Shown: positions 1-14,061, numbered from the stretch's first letter. The stretch: DNA of 64,000 nucleotides from Eledone cirrhosa (GCA_964016885.1 OZ024740.1:162688001-162752000); one strand, 5' to 3'. Made by a program: numbers and translations. The notes: generated by a model from the sequence alone, not told the origin.

Positions 1-508
1 TCTAAGATAATAGAGTGAACGTACATCCAGAATCAGGTATTAAGGATTGGAATATATACACATACAAGTATGAAAGCACGCGTATAAACACACACACACG
101 CGCAACAACATACATGCAAGTGATATATACAGGGAAAGGAGTGTATCAGTCAAAACAGTGTCAGGCTGAAGGTCGATCCATATATAAAAATGAAAAAATG
201 AAAAATATATGAGAATAAAATATTAAATCAAAAGAGAAAGTAAGAGGGAGGGGTTATCAATTATAAAGTAACACTAGAAAAAATAGAAAACAAACATAGT
301 TTCGTACATACACATATATATATAAAAATATGTATATAAATACGTACAGACAAAAGCACATACAATCGTACAAACATACAAAGGCGCGCATACATACACA
401 CGAAGCACATATATATTTATACGTACATGTACATCTAATCACGTGTACGCATGCGACTATATATATATACATACACATATACATACACATACATATACAT
501 ATATATAT

Positions 509-551
<43 letters not shown>

Positions 552-790
552 CACACACATACATATAAGTATGTAAAAAACATAGATATAAAAACACACA
601 TACACACACACATATACACACACATATACACACACACGCGCACATACGAATGCATTCGTATACATATACAAACACGCATACACACACAAGCACGCTCACA
701 CGCATAGATACAATATAAAAACCAGCCGTATGAATAAATGAGTACAAATTATACGCAAGTAAACATACATAAAGGCGACTGAGAGACAAC

Positions 791-829
<39 letters not shown>

Positions 830-830
<1 letters not shown>

Positions 831-1066
831 TAGACCACCCGTGACCCGTTGGGTCACGTTCAAAGTTTTTTTAATAATTTACATATACACAGACATGTAT
901 ATAATGTAAAATGAAATTGGAAGGCCCATATATATATATATATATATGGGGGGGGGGGGAGATCTGTTCCTACATACACCGGTCACAGACACACACACAC
1001 ACACATATATATATACACACACATATATATGTACACACACACACATATATACACACACACACACAC

Positions 1067-1105
<39 letters not shown>
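830..1105 (-). mobile_element. Non-autonomous Helitron remnant (3' end clear, 5' boundary approximate)
   Basis: Minus strand reads CGTGACCC-aac-GGGTCACG (perfect 8-bp hairpin, 840-858), then 6 nt, then CTAG|T (830-833), the canonical Helitron 3' terminus. Confidence 0.6.
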
Positions 1106-1115
<10 letters not shown>

Positions 1116-1520
1116 TATACACACACACAAAGAAACCCTTTCTATTTAGCAGGATGCAGTAGTGTTGTATTCGTTTCTTTGAAGTCACCGGTTGTAATTT
1201 CCTTCAACATCACCACCAGCTTTCTCTCTCTTCCATTTTCCTTCTCTGTCTCCTTCACCCTCCCTCTCTATGTCTATCTTTTAATCTACTTTCTCACAAT
1301 CACTATCTCTTTCTCTCTATCCTTATATCTCTCTATTTATGAAGGTACCAAGAAAACCCCATATCTCGGGAACCTGTAGTCCGATTTACGCGAAACTTGC
1401 TTTATTCCATTTGTATACCCATTACAGGTTCAACTTCCTTTCAAAGTACTTCCCCATCATGCGCCATTTTTGTTGTATTACATTACAGACAATCACGCAA
1501 GCAATCACAGAGTTTTAGTA

Positions 1521-1561
<41 letters not shown>

Positions 1562-1562
<1 letters not shown>

Positions 1563-1660
1563 TACGGGGGTCGGCTAAAAGGTTCATAGGGTGACCTAGA
1601 TACTTTCAAGAAATGTGAAATGTGACCAAATAAGGTTTGTTTTTCAACATAGTCCCACTG
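1562..1660. mobile_element. Tc1/mariner-like terminal remnant
   Basis: TA followed by CGGGGGTCGGCTAAAAGGTTCATAGG, resembling mariner TIR starts (TACGAGGG...AAAAGT). A similar start lies at 49403. No partner TIR was found. Confidence 0.35.
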
Positions 1661-2460
1661 AAACAGTCTCGCAGTCCTCCAATCATTATAAGTCCTTATT
1701 ATGTTTTATGCTTTGTTTGGAACAACAGCGTTCTTATATCCATGAGTGTATTAACGTGTTGAAGCATTCACGACTCCATCTTCAGAATCAGAATGGTCGT
1801 ATTAGTGGCATGTTTATCACATGCTTGGATATGGTCCTAAAGTATCACGGGTGTGGTTGGAAATCGTGGATGCCTGATAAATAATTTCTCAACAGATGAA
1901 GCATGGAAGTTCTTTTTGGTTTCGTGCATGCTATATCTGTGTGTGAATTTTTATTTTATATCATAATGTTAGTAATATGTTAATATGTCCATAATTGTTT
2001 GCCTTGTTTTTGTTTTCAATTCTATATAGATTTGTAGTGATATCGACTAATGTAGTCCTCTCTTATTATGTGTATGTACTATATGGAATTACTTTGAGAT
2101 GACTCCTTGTTATAAGTGCATAATTAGCCTACGACAAACTGTAGTGATTGTGTGAGCGATCTAACAACAGGTTTTCACTGAAATTTATATATCACATTGG
2201 TCATTTGCAGCACGTTTTGTGGTTTACTAGTCTGTGGCTCCGTGTTAATGGTAGATTAACACTAATGCAAAGCACATGACCAACACGCCCCTAATATAAC
2301 CATTCTGATTTTTTATTAAGGTTTTTAAGTCTTGTTATTCAGGGAATCTCCAGGGTAATTGGACTCAAAGGCCGTACTAAAGAATATATATATATATACA
2401 TGTTCGAGTTGATTAGAAAATTAGAATGTTGTTATTCAATCCGGAACTTTGTAGTTATGC

Positions 2461-2496
<36 letters not shown>

Positions 2497-2740
2497 AAGG
2501 ATAACAAAATATCGTTATAGGTAATCCAATTAGAGGTTGTGAATACTTCTTATGGATAGTTTTAGCGTACGGCGTTGCTTGACTCAACAAGAGGTTTACG
2601 TAGATGACGAGTTTATGATTTCACTTGTATTCCTATAGCATGTTGAGTGGCACTGTTTTTAGTGTTCAGTAATTGTTAGACAACTCTATCAGTGAAACAA
2701 TTGTTAGACTGCAAATAAATCCCCTTTTTTGTACTGTTGA

Positions 2741-3403
2741 CCATATTATTCTTGTATTAAAACTCCTATTGCTAAATTATTCTTTAAAGCTCTAGATAAA
2801 TGCTTTCCTAGAACACATAGGTATTACTCAATATTTAATAGACATACTATAAAATTATCGCATTCCACCACCAGTAATTTAGCGCAAAATATTAATAGAA
2901 TTAATAATAGAAACTTAAAACCTAATCAGAATACCATTAATAACCCCAGCAATATCCAATTTAATAATACGGCTCCTAGGAACTTAAATTTAAATAAATC
3001 TAACTGTCCGCTAAATAACAATTGTTTAGTTAAAAATATAGTATATAATTGTAACGTAAAAACTAATTTAAATTCATTTAATTATGTAGTCTCTACCTCC
3101 ACATATTTTAAGTCCCGTTTTAATAACCATAAATGCTCTTTTACGAATATAAATAAAACATCTTCAACTTCTCTATCTAATTTACTATGGGACCTTAAAT
3201 CAAAGAACACTAACTATTCTTTACTTTGGAATATTATCTCCAAAGCTCCTCCATTCAATGTTTCATCTGAAAATTGTGCACTTTGTATAGAGGAAATATT
3301 CTTTATATTAAAAAGTAAAAATTCTGTTAATTTAAGGAATAATCTTTTCAGTTCTTGTAAACATCGGTTGAACTCAACGTTTAAATATATATATATAATG
3401 TAA
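2741..3403 (+). pseudogene. Penelope-like element (Hydra-type) RT C-terminal linker plus GIY-YIG endonuclease, 5'-truncated
   Basis: Stop-free ~220-codon frame, absent from the ORF track, read by hand: PYYSCIKTPIAKLFFKALDKCFPRTHRYYSIFNRHTIKLS...NCPLNNNCLVKNIVYNCNV...YVVSTSTYFKSRFNNHKCSF...LSNLLWDLK...WNII...CALCIEE...VNLRNNLFSSCKH. It shows CP-x4-C, IVY..YV(G), KxRxxxH, CxLCxxE and CxH motifs. Confidence 0.85.
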
Positions 3404-4254
3404 TACATAACTCATCTTTATTACACCTATCGATAAATCATTAGATTCCTTCATGTGACTGCTTATAACTCTCTTAAAGAAAAATGTTTTTCTTGGAAAT
3501 TTTTCTTGATAAACGTACTGAAAGATTAAAAGAAAATTTTTTGAAAATTCCTCTGATGTGTATAAGAAAATTATAATTCATATTTTATACTGTGTATTTT
3601 ATATTTCTATATTCTTATATTTTTTAAATTCATTATAATTCATATTTTATATTGTGTATTTTATATTTCTAAATTCTTATATTTTTCAAATGCTTAATAT
3701 ATATATATCAAAATATTTATATATATATGAGATAAACATAGTGATTTTGATGTATATGATATAACCTAAAATTTATACTTTAAATATATTCTATAAATAT
3801 ACTCCTATGAAAGTGTTTATGGTTTATGCTTTGGATATATTCCTATGAAAATTTTAAATATTATAATTTCTATATGTTATGACGTTATAGCAAGCAAATT
3901 TATGTTTTGACAGTTATAACTGTATGACAGCTAGAATTGTAAATTTATAAATTTATAACTTACTATAAAATAACATAAGATTCATACTCTACTTACATTA
4001 TTAAGATGGAAAATTTATGTTTTTAACTTCTTAACCTTATAGCATTTAATCCTTAGCGTTACCTGAATTATTAATAAATCACTAACAATTTTTCTTTACG
4101 CTGTACTGCTATTATAATACAAATAAGGGATGATTCTTCTGTAAACTCTCTGAATTTTCAAGGGCTTAGAATTGTTCGGATACTTTAAACCTACAATTTA
4201 TTAATAAATTAATTTTTAATAATTTTTTAATAATTTTTAAATAATTAATGATAA

Positions 4255-4436
4255 TAATTGTTTCTACTTTTGGCACAAGGCCAGCAATTACCCAGTGCAT
4301 TACTGGTACTTTATTTTATCGAGCCCATAAGGATGAAAGGCAAAGTTAACCTCAGCGGGATTTGAACTCAGAATGGCAAGGGCCGTAACTCTATGCGTCA
4401 AAGCATGGCGTCCGACCCTCTACCGATACTGCCAAT
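4255..4436 (-). mobile_element. tRNA-derived SINE (MetaSINE-like core)
   Basis: Reverse complement of the copy at 29066-29253. It has an A-box-like TTGGCAGTATCGG, a B-box GAGTTCAAATCC and the core CTTTGCCTTTCATCCTT..TCGATAAAATAAAGTACCAG. Confidence 0.85.
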
Positions 4437-4463
4437 CAATTAATGATAATAATATATATCTTA

Positions 4464-6370
4464 CTAGCATTAAAGCCCGGCGTTGCTCGGGGTCATTAAG
4501 TTACCAAAGTTAGGTTGCAGCACTTTTTTATCTGCCAGGCACTGGGTGAATGAATTGCAGACCTGGAAGCATGAGCTGCGCCAGCAGTGACAATTGTAGT
4601 TTCGCCTATGGATATATCTCTGTGCAAAAAAGTGTTGAAATTTATTGTTTCACAGTACTTGCGCAACACGCGAGTAGACGATGCCAGCCGAACAACAGAG
4701 CTGCGATGGAGTTGTTCTGCATGGTTGTCTGTGTGTTTTCTAAATTTAAGACAGTAGGGAGGGTTGTGATATGAGGGAGAGTTATCTGTTGTTTCTAGCA
4801 GGTTTAGTGACCTCATAGAGGATATGTGTTTTCTAAATTTAAGACAGTAGGGAGTGGTGTGATATGAGGGAGAGTTAGCTGCTGTTTCTAGGAGGTTTAG
4901 TAACCTCATAGAGGATATGTGTTTTCTAAATTTAAGACAGTAGGGAGTGGTGTGATATGAGGGAGAGTTAGCTGCTGTTTCTAGCAGGTTTAGTGACCTC
5001 ATAGAAGATATGTTTTCTAAATTTAAGACAGTAGAGAGGGGTGTGATATGGGGGAGAGTTAGCTGCTGTTTCTAGCAGGTTTAGTGACCTCATAGAGGAT
5101 ATATTTTCTAAATTTAAGACAGTAGGGAGGGGTGTGATATGAGGGAGAGTTAGCTGCTGTTTCTAGCAGGTTTAGTGACCTCATAGAAGATATGTTTTCT
5201 AAATTTAAGACAGTAGGGAGGGGTATGATATGGGGGAGAGTTAGCTGCTGTTTCTAGCAGGTTTAGTAACCTCATAGAGGATATGTGTTTTCTAAATTTA
5301 AGACAGTAGGGAGTGGTGTGATATGAGGGAGAGTTAGCTGCTGTTTCTAGCAGGTTTAGTAACCTCATAGAGGATATGTGTTTTCTAAATTTAAGACAGT
5401 AGGGAGTGGTGTGATATGAGGGAGAGTTAGCTGCTGTTTCTAGCAGGTTTAGTGACCTCATAGAAGATATGTTTTCTAAATTTAAGACAGTAGAGAGGGG
5501 TGTGATATGGGGGAGAGTTAGCTGCTGTTTCTAGCAGGTTTAGTGACCTCATAGAGGATATATTTTCTAAATTTAAGACAGTAGGGAGGGGTGTGATATG
5601 AGGGAGAGTTAGCTGCTGTTTCTAGCAGGTTTAGTGACCTCATAGAAGATATGTTTTCTAAATTTAAGACAGTAGGGAGGGGTATGATATGGGGGAGAGT
5701 TAGCTGCTGTTTCTAGCAGGTTTAGTAACCTCATAGAAGATATGTTTTCTAAATTTAAGACAGTAGGGAGTGGTGTGATATGAGGGAGAGTTAGCTGCTG
5801 TTTCTAGCAGGTTTAGTAACCTCATAGAGGATATGTGTTTTCTAAATTTAAGACAGTAGGGAGTGGTGTGATATGAGGGAGAGTTAGCTGCTGTTTCTAG
5901 CAGGTTTAGTGACCTCATAGAGGATATTATTGTTTATCATCTATATATATAAAACTGACTGCACGCCTAACGAAATTTACAGATACATATATTTTAAATA
6001 AACTTATATAATTTTTGCTTTTTTTTACGAAATATTTGCTTGTTTTACGTAGTCTTTAAATAGACTTGTTTTCAAGTAAAAATTATTGTGTTAATGTCAT
6101 TTTAAACGCTGAGAAAGCCAGCGTAATTTTTTTAATTTTTGCACGCAGACGCTCAATGTAAACAGAACAAAGGGAAATAACTGATCACTTACGCTCAAAA
6201 ATCGATACATTATATTCGATTTCGTCAGATAGGGCGGGTCAATTTGAAATATTTTTTTCCGATGTCTTCGCTAGGGCGCAATTTCGGTGCAATTCCGTGA
6301 GAGATTCTAAGAGGAGATGTGTGCCAAAAATCGATAGACAGACAGACAACCACAGTTTTATATATATAGA
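4464..6370 (-). mobile_element. Non-autonomous Helitron with both termini intact, carrying a minisatellite
   Basis: Minus strand starts A|TCTATATATATAAAACTGTGGTTGTCTGTCTGTC (6370). It ends in hairpin CCCGAGCAACGCCGGG plus CTAG|T (4464), inserted between A and T with no TSD. Confidence 0.85.
4733..5926. repeat. Minisatellite, 13 units of 91-93 bp with a 459-bp (5-unit) higher-order repeat
   Basis: TAAATTTAAGACAGTAG recurs at 4741, 4834, 4927, 5018, 5109, 5200, 5293, 5386, 5477, 5568, 5659, 5750 and 5843. Variant GTAGAGAGGGG recurs 459 bp apart. Confidence 0.97.
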
Positions 6371-6818
6371 TTATAATAATAATAATATATAGGTTTTGTA
6401 ATAATAGTATATTTTTTAATATTATATATAAATATATATAAAAGTGTTTTTTAACATACATATTTAAACTACTGATTGAATTGATAAATTATTAATTAAA
6501 CATTTAATCAAATTTATTAATTAAACCCTAGATTACGCTATTATTGTCCTTATAACTAATATTCTCTCTCACTTAAATATACTCACGTTGTTTCTCTTTC
6601 TCTTTCTTTTTCTATTTCTTCTTCTCTTTCTTTTTCTCTTTCTTTGTTCCCTCTTCCAACGGCGTAATTTAAATATACTGTTATTTAAACCTTTCCGACA
6701 CTAATTTGCATAATAAACCAACAATAAATCTAATATCTCCACTATCCGGGAGACTCCAACCGTAAGGTTGCATTTTTCAGGGTATGTCAATATTTATTTA
6801 TAAAACTAATCTATATTA

Positions 6819-6882
6819 ATTTTATCTGATGAAAGCGCACCATAATCTGCCTTGGTGGCCCTTGAAATATGTATAATGAAAT
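6819..6882 (+). ncRNA. Type-I hammerhead ribozyme motif (probable pLTR of the upstream PLE)
   Basis: ATTTTAT-CTGATGA-aagcgcacca...tggtggccctt-GAAA-tatgta-TA-ATGAAAT. Stems I and II pair and the core is intact. Confidence 0.6.
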
Positions 6883-6930
6883 AAATATGGTTTTATAAAT
6901 ATAGTTTCCATTTGTTAATATATTGTATAT

Positions 6931-7038
<108 letters not shown>

Positions 7039-7319
7039 TTAATGGTAGCTATGGTGCTTCCATAGGAGGTATGCCAGTTGAGCACTCTATGTTCTTACAG
7101 AGCAGAGTGTGATATAATATAAAACGAAAAATCAGTGAATGTGTATGGATGGATTATATTTTTATTTTATTGTATATTATATATTTATTTTACTGTTTTT
7201 ATATGTGTATATGTGTAAGCATATGTGTGTATGTACATATACATATGTGCATGTGTGTGTATATGTGTGTATGTATATATATATATGGGTGTGTGTATGC
7301 ATGTAGAGATATATATATG

Positions 7320-7351
<32 letters not shown>

Positions 7352-7440
7352 CATATATATATATATACATATTTATATATATCTACATGCATACACACAC
7401 CCATATATATATATACATACACACATATGTATATGTACAT

Positions 7441-7491
<51 letters not shown>

Positions 7492-7567
7492 AGTATGTGT
7501 GTGTGTATATATATGTGTGTATATGTATATATATATATATATGTATGTGTATATATGTGTGTATATG

Positions 7568-7598
<31 letters not shown>

Positions 7599-7605
7599 GT
7601 ATGTG

Positions 7606-7637
<32 letters not shown>

Positions 7638-8027
7638 TATATGGTACGTGAATGTGTATGGATGCATGTATATGATTATAATGTTTATATCCGTGCATGT
7701 GTAATACAAGTTACTTTTAAGGTATGACGTTAAATGCATAATTTAGTATATTGTAGGTTTTTCTTATAGATATGTATGCATATGTGTGTATGTACGTTTA
7801 TATGTGGGTGTGTATGTGTGCGTGTATACAGATGTGTATATATGTGTGTGCGTATATATATATATATGTATGTATATGTGTGTATATATGTATGTTATGG
7901 GTATCTGTATGTGTGTTATGTATATGGATATATGTATTTATATATATATATATATAAAAACAAATAACGAAACGAAATTAAATTTCGCTTCGTTTGTAAC
8001 TCACTTTTGTATGACTGACGCTTAAAC

Positions 8028-8297
8028 AATTAAGTTAAAAATGTACATCCACATATGTATACTGAAATATTAGTATGCATATGAATACACACACGTGTAC
8101 ATATGTAGATGTACCGAGTTTTTCACTGGACACTTTACTGTGAGTGTTCAGCTATTCTGTATGTAAACACACAGACAAACCGGTTTTTAGAGTCATACTG
8201 GTTTTCGAGGAAACATCTACATATGTACACGTGTGTGTATTCATATGCATACTAATATTTCAGTATACATATGTGGATGTACATTTTTAACTTAATT
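8028..8297. repeat. Inverted repeat, 85-bp arms, 100-bp spacer
   Basis: 8028-8112 is the reverse complement of 8213-8297, with (TA)n nearby on both sides. Confidence 0.9.
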
Positions 8298-8426
8298 ATA
8301 TATATATATATATATATGTATAAATATTTCGTATCTCCAAAGAAATACAGTTTTAGGAAGCCGTAGCTATGCAAACACCGGGGGGCTAACGCCCTCTGGT
8401 GATGTCCAGCAGAAGCAAGGGGGACA

Positions 8427-8470
8427 ACCGTTTATGCATTTCAGGCTTATCTGACCTTCGTCAGGGCGGT
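8427..8470 (-). ncRNA. Minimal hammerhead ribozyme motif
   Basis: Minus strand: ACCGcc-CTGACGA-AGGtcagataagCCT-GAAA-TGCA-TA-aaCGGT. Stem III is palindromic and the inner stem I is mismatched. Confidence 0.6.
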
Positions 8471-8692
8471 CTCTCCCACTGCTTGCTACTGCTGGACGAG
8501 AAGACAGCTGAGAATATATAGTTTTCTCGTCTGTGTATATGAGGTGATTAATCTCATTTGTATATGAAGCTGCATAAGTTGGCTCAACTTATAATAAAAA
8601 AGAAATAGGATTTCGCTTCGCTGTATTTCTTTGGAGATACGAAATATGTATACATATTGTATAAAGCTATGCTTGAAGGGAAATCCTTTTTC

Positions 8693-8726
<34 letters not shown>

Positions 8727-9768
8727 TTTTTTTTTTTTTATATTTGCTTACTTACTTATTTATTTATTTATTTATATGTATGTATGTATGCTTGCATGTA
8801 TGTGTATGGACATATGTGTATGGTTACATGGTTTATATTTGTGCATGTATAACAGGATGCATCCTTCCATGGATGACCCTGTATGACCTTTTGTGCAGAT
8901 GTATATGACATTGGGGTACGGACAGAGATATATACATGCGTGCGTGTATCTTCTTTGTGGATATACGTGGACACGGGAGTAATTGGGCGCGTATTTGTTG
9001 GAATGTATATGAGCCAGTGTGTGCGTGTGTGTGTGTGTGTGTGTCTGTGGGGTGTGTGTGTATGTGTGTTTGTGTCTTTGGAAGCATGTATGTGTGCGTG
9101 TGTGTGTCTATGTATATATCTGTGCATGTTTGTATATATGTGCAGATGTACGCGAACGCTGATATGTGTCCTTGTATGCGTGTACGTGTGTGTGTGCGTG
9201 TGCGTGTGCGTGTGCGTGAGACCGGATGTATGGGGGTATATAGGCAGGCGCCAGTAGACGTGTGTGTTGGTGTGTATATGGTTGTGGGTGTGTGTAAGAG
9301 AGGAAGTGTGTGTATATGTATATGGGTGTGTATATCTACATATGTGTGCGTACATATGTGTATGCATATATATGTATGTGTATGTGTATTTATATGTGTG
9401 TGTGTATGTGTGAGTATATATTTGTGAGTGTGAGCGGACTTGTGAGATACCTAACCCAGCATGAGTCCATTGAAGTGTGTCAGACGGAGAGTAATTGATG
9501 GCCAGTATGGCAGCAAATATTGACCAGAATTTATGATGACGTAGAAAAACAACAGCCAATAGCAAGACAAGCGTGGAAGATATTTTTTTAAGGTGTTTTT
9601 GGAAGATGACACCCCAGTGAGAAAATTTGCTCCGAAAGCATTGCATGTGTCCGAAGAACCCGCAGTTCTAGAATCAGACAGATCCATACAATGATCGTGT
9701 CTCGAGCTATCTGCCAGCGAAATAATTGTAACACAATAAAATGAGTCTAGATGCATCACTGATTTTTC

Positions 9769-10048
<280 letters not shown>

Positions 10049-10304
10049 GTGTGTGTGTGTTTGTTTGTTGAACAATAAAAGCGAGCGGCACAGTTTAGTG
10101 ATTAACCAGATCAATGTTTTGCGATCATTTCGGAAGGTATATTGATCATGATAAATCGATATTGTGACTAACCGATAGCAGTTATGTAACTCCATATTAT
10201 TAGTCTCGATACTATATATACACATATATATATATATATATACAAATATATATATATATACATATATATATATGAGAGGATCGTGGGAGAAGAATTGACA
10301 ATCA

Positions 10305-10470
10305 CTCCTTTGAGAGGGTCCTGTCAGAAGCAACCATCTCCAATACATCCGGCTGGATCCCCAAGCGTGACCAGCCAAGTACGTGGATGTTATCCAACTC
10401 TCTTGCTCGGGGTCTACCCCTGGATCCCTTGTCGGTTGGTTTTGCCCGTAAAATCTTTCCAGCGATATAT
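10305..10470 (-). mobile_element. RTE-type LINE, C-terminal fragment
   Basis: [48 protein letters not shown] carries the RPRGRP..RW.D-like motif. Homologous pieces lie at 42540-42670 (-) and 50380-50440 (+). Confidence 0.7.
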
Positions 10471-10664
10471 ATATATATTCTTTTTTTTATTCGCGTTCCA
10501 GCCGAGGGGATGAGGCCATGCTGGGGCACCGCCACAGATGCCACACATTCTATATCCAGCCTTCCCTGGTTGGTCATTAATGCAAAAGGGAGTTTGTTGT
10601 TGCTGCTCCTATTTGTGCTTAGCCTCGTGCTGTGGATTCATCCGGCATCATGGTCAGTAGAATA

Positions 10665-10873
10665 TCAAGAAAACGTCTACATGCACACCATGTAGATCTC
10701 TCAGATTTTTATTAAAAAGCTGGGGTCCCTTGAACCCCAGGCTATTGCAGTATGTGGTCCTTATTCTCGTTGTGACGGATGGGACCTTTCGCACTACACC
10801 GTGGCATCCTGTTCGTGGGTTGGTCCTCTTTTCAATGCCTAAGTTTAGTGCTAACCCTTCCAGGATCTTCCAT
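10665..10873 (-). mobile_element. CR1/L2-group LINE ORF2 C-terminal fragment
   Basis: WKILEGLALNLGIEKRTNPRTGCHGVV...YCNSLGFKGPQLFN resembles the post-RT tail of CR1-group ORF2. Confidence 0.6.
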
Positions 10874-11055
10874 ATATATATATATACACACACACACAAA
10901 TAAAGAGCGATAAAAACAAATAAACCAAGGGTCTAGAGGAATTAAGACATTTCATTCATTTTATGCACATTTGTCCGATCGTATAGAACATTTATTGTCA
11001 TGGATATATATATATATATATATATATGTATCCTAATTCCATATATATATATGTA

Positions 11056-11128
<73 letters not shown>

Positions 11129-11154
11129 AATTAGGACTGGTGCTCTGAAATAGC

Positions 11155-11470
11155 GATGTATACATGAATGTATGTATAGTATATTGCAATATACCGTATG
11201 TTTAATTAAAAACATTTAGAAGACCATACGCTATCAGTTTTAAAGTAGTGGCTATGTCACTTACATCTTTTCGGGGAAAGAAGAGAGAGAGGGTGGCAGT
11301 CTGTTTAACACTGGTTGGCGTTCATCAGAACCACGCACTCTCCCTTCTTTCGCCGAAAATAAGTAAGTGACATAGTCACTACTTTAAAACTGATTGTATA
11401 TGATCTTCTAAATGTTTTTAATTAAACAATGCTATATTGCCAAATATACATACATTCATATATATATGAA
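11155..11470. repeat. Diverged inverted repeat (pLTR-like family, also at 47580-48070) with a degenerate hammerhead in the spacer
   Basis: 11155-11290 is approximately the reverse complement of 11340-11465. The minus-strand spacer reads GTGGtt-CTGATGA-acgccaaccagtgtt-AAA-cagact-gCCAC, with the G of GAAA lost. Confidence 0.65.
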
Positions 11471-12688
11471 TGAAAATAGACCGAGAAATACCAATGATAA
11501 TCAGCAGACTACTGATGATGGACAGTCCCGTTTCTCGGTCTATTTTCATTCATATGTATCACACTCGCAACAACGTAGCACACCATTTTTTCATTCATTA
11601 TATATATATATATATATGTGTGTTTGTGTGTGTGCATGTGTTTGTGTATTTGCCTTGCATTTTTCTCTGTATAATTTGAAGGAGAATCGGTTGCTATTTC
11701 TAGCAGCTTGAACGAACTCAATGATGCTCCATTATTGGCTCTTTTACTGCTTCGTATAGCATTGAGAATGAAGTTAGGTGGGGCCAGTGTCGGACTACGA
11801 AACAGTGACTTTTCAATCGACTTTTCAATCAAAACTAAACAGTCAGTATTGTCACCTTTTCGAAGTTTATTATTAACTAGCTTATATAACGACAGTCCGA
11901 ATTGAGGTCACCATATTCCATATTGTTCCATATCTTAAATGGAAAGAAAAATGAAATAGGGAGGCGCCACAACGATATATGTAAAGTAACTTCTCAATGT
12001 ATAAATGATGAATCGATAAAATATAACTGACTGCATTTTCTGATTTTTCAAGGTTCATTATCGACCAGCTTATATAACAAGCCAATTATATAACGATCAC
12101 CATATATAGCGACAGTCCTATTATATAACGATCAACGTATGTAATGAAAGTCCGGCATGTAGTCGACACATTGATGGATATTTAATATGTATCTAGTGAA
12201 AATAAAAACACACCTAGGATCCACCTTATTATTTACTTATTCTAACGAATTCGTTCACGATTTGATTTTACTTTCTATGGGATATTATCACATAGTAGCG
12301 CATCTCATATTCACACTGGACTCTTTAACTGTTACGCTATTTATCATTGCTATTGTGTTCTGTTTTGATAAAAACTTGAGATTACGTCAGATACGAAATT
12401 TCAAGGGAAATATGATTATGTTGTGAAAGGTGTGATCTTTGAACAACTTCGATGTGTTAAATTTACAACAATAAAGTGTTTTGGTGAAAATATATATCTG
12501 CTAGTATTAAATATGAGATTTAAATAAGAATATTAAATGAAGTTATATAAGATAAGAAGGCAGCGAGTTCAATTCCTTCCCACCCCATATTTGCTTTTCA
12601 TCACTTTATTGATTGCAAGTCAATCAATAAAGTACCAGTTAAGTACAGGGGTCGATTCCTCTTATCTCTCGTTTTTTTTTACTCACAT

Positions 12689-12790
<102 letters not shown>

Positions 12791-13699
12791 TTTCTTCTCT
12801 TTCTAAGAGAAATCGGCTGTAATCAAACCCGGCCGGAGAGGATCGGACACCACTAAGTATAAATACAACGACGCCCCTACGATTCCGCCAGGTGTTAGAT
12901 CAATAATGATGATGATACAAGACTAGAACCAGCTCTTGCACCCAAGTAGAACAGCGTGGCATTTGAATTCAGATCACAAAGAGCTGGTAAGTATACTGCA
13001 AGACACCTAGTCCGACGGTTTAACAATTCCGCTAACCTATCGCCCTGGTCTGGTACTTTATTTTCATAGAAGAAATTGTTATAATTTGGTTTATAATATA
13101 TTATATCTTCAATATCATAACATTGAAGGAGAAGGAAATAAATTATTGCTTATAAAATCAGAAAACTGTCCATGTCCTATTACGCATAATGCACAAATGC
13201 TGATATCCACCAATTCTTCAGTCACTGAATCGTTAAGAATTTCGATTCTTCGTTATTAGGTTCTGCGTTTGAACTCGCCGTGTAGAATCTTAGGACAGTG
13301 TATTTTGCTATAGTCTCGGATCGATTCTAGTCTTGTGAGTAAAATTATATAGACAGAAACGGTTTAGAAGTCCGCCGGAAGAATTGTACCCGTGAGTTAA
13401 CCTGTTGCGTTGAATCTCAAGGAGAGTCACATTAAAAGTACACATGTCTGTGGAATTTAATGAGCTGAATGGAGCACTCATCGTCGAAACCGACAGATGC
13501 CCATTTTATTTTTCAATTATAATATGAAAAGTTACTCTAATTATATTCGAACACTAAAAATACTTTAAGCCATTTATAAAGACATGGAATGGCTTTTGGA
13601 ACAAACGGCAATCTCGTTAAAAGAACACCGCCAAGAAAACAGCCCCAAAATAGAACAAAAGGAAATAGATAAACAGATAGAAAGACAAAGATGTAACAT

Positions 13700-13850
13700 A
13701 ATGCTTGGAAAATAACCATTAAGATTGTAGCAAACAAGCCTCTTACAAGTATCTAACTAGCTCTAGTCTGAAAACTAAAACTGAATGACTGATAATTGCA
13801 GCTGAGAAAGAACACTTCCAGATGTACTAACTATAGAGTAAGCAAACTAA
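13700..13850 (+). mobile_element. Degenerate R4/Dong-type non-LTR fragment
   Basis: SYKYLTSSSLKTKTE*LIIAAEKEH resembles the WL....LK.ETE.LI.AAQ motif upstream of the CCHC finger. Confidence 0.45.
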
Positions 13851-14061
13851 ATATTGTTTACAACATAAAGAACTGTAATATTAAGGATGTATTTTTAACG
13901 ATGTGAGAAAATATGCCTCATAATATTACACAGCAGATACTTATAGCGAAATAAAAACGATAAATGTATTGCTTATCGAGAGCAATGTTGGGGTTGATGG
14001 ACACAATACAATGCTGGTTGTCCTGGTGGCAGTGACTCCATATATACAATGCAAAATTGGG

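Noticed and set aside
4733-5926. CRISPR array or repeat-protein gene (MRSLNLLETAANSP ORFs)
   Set aside because: There are no unique spacers, 91-bp units break the frame, and the context is a eukaryotic Helitron.
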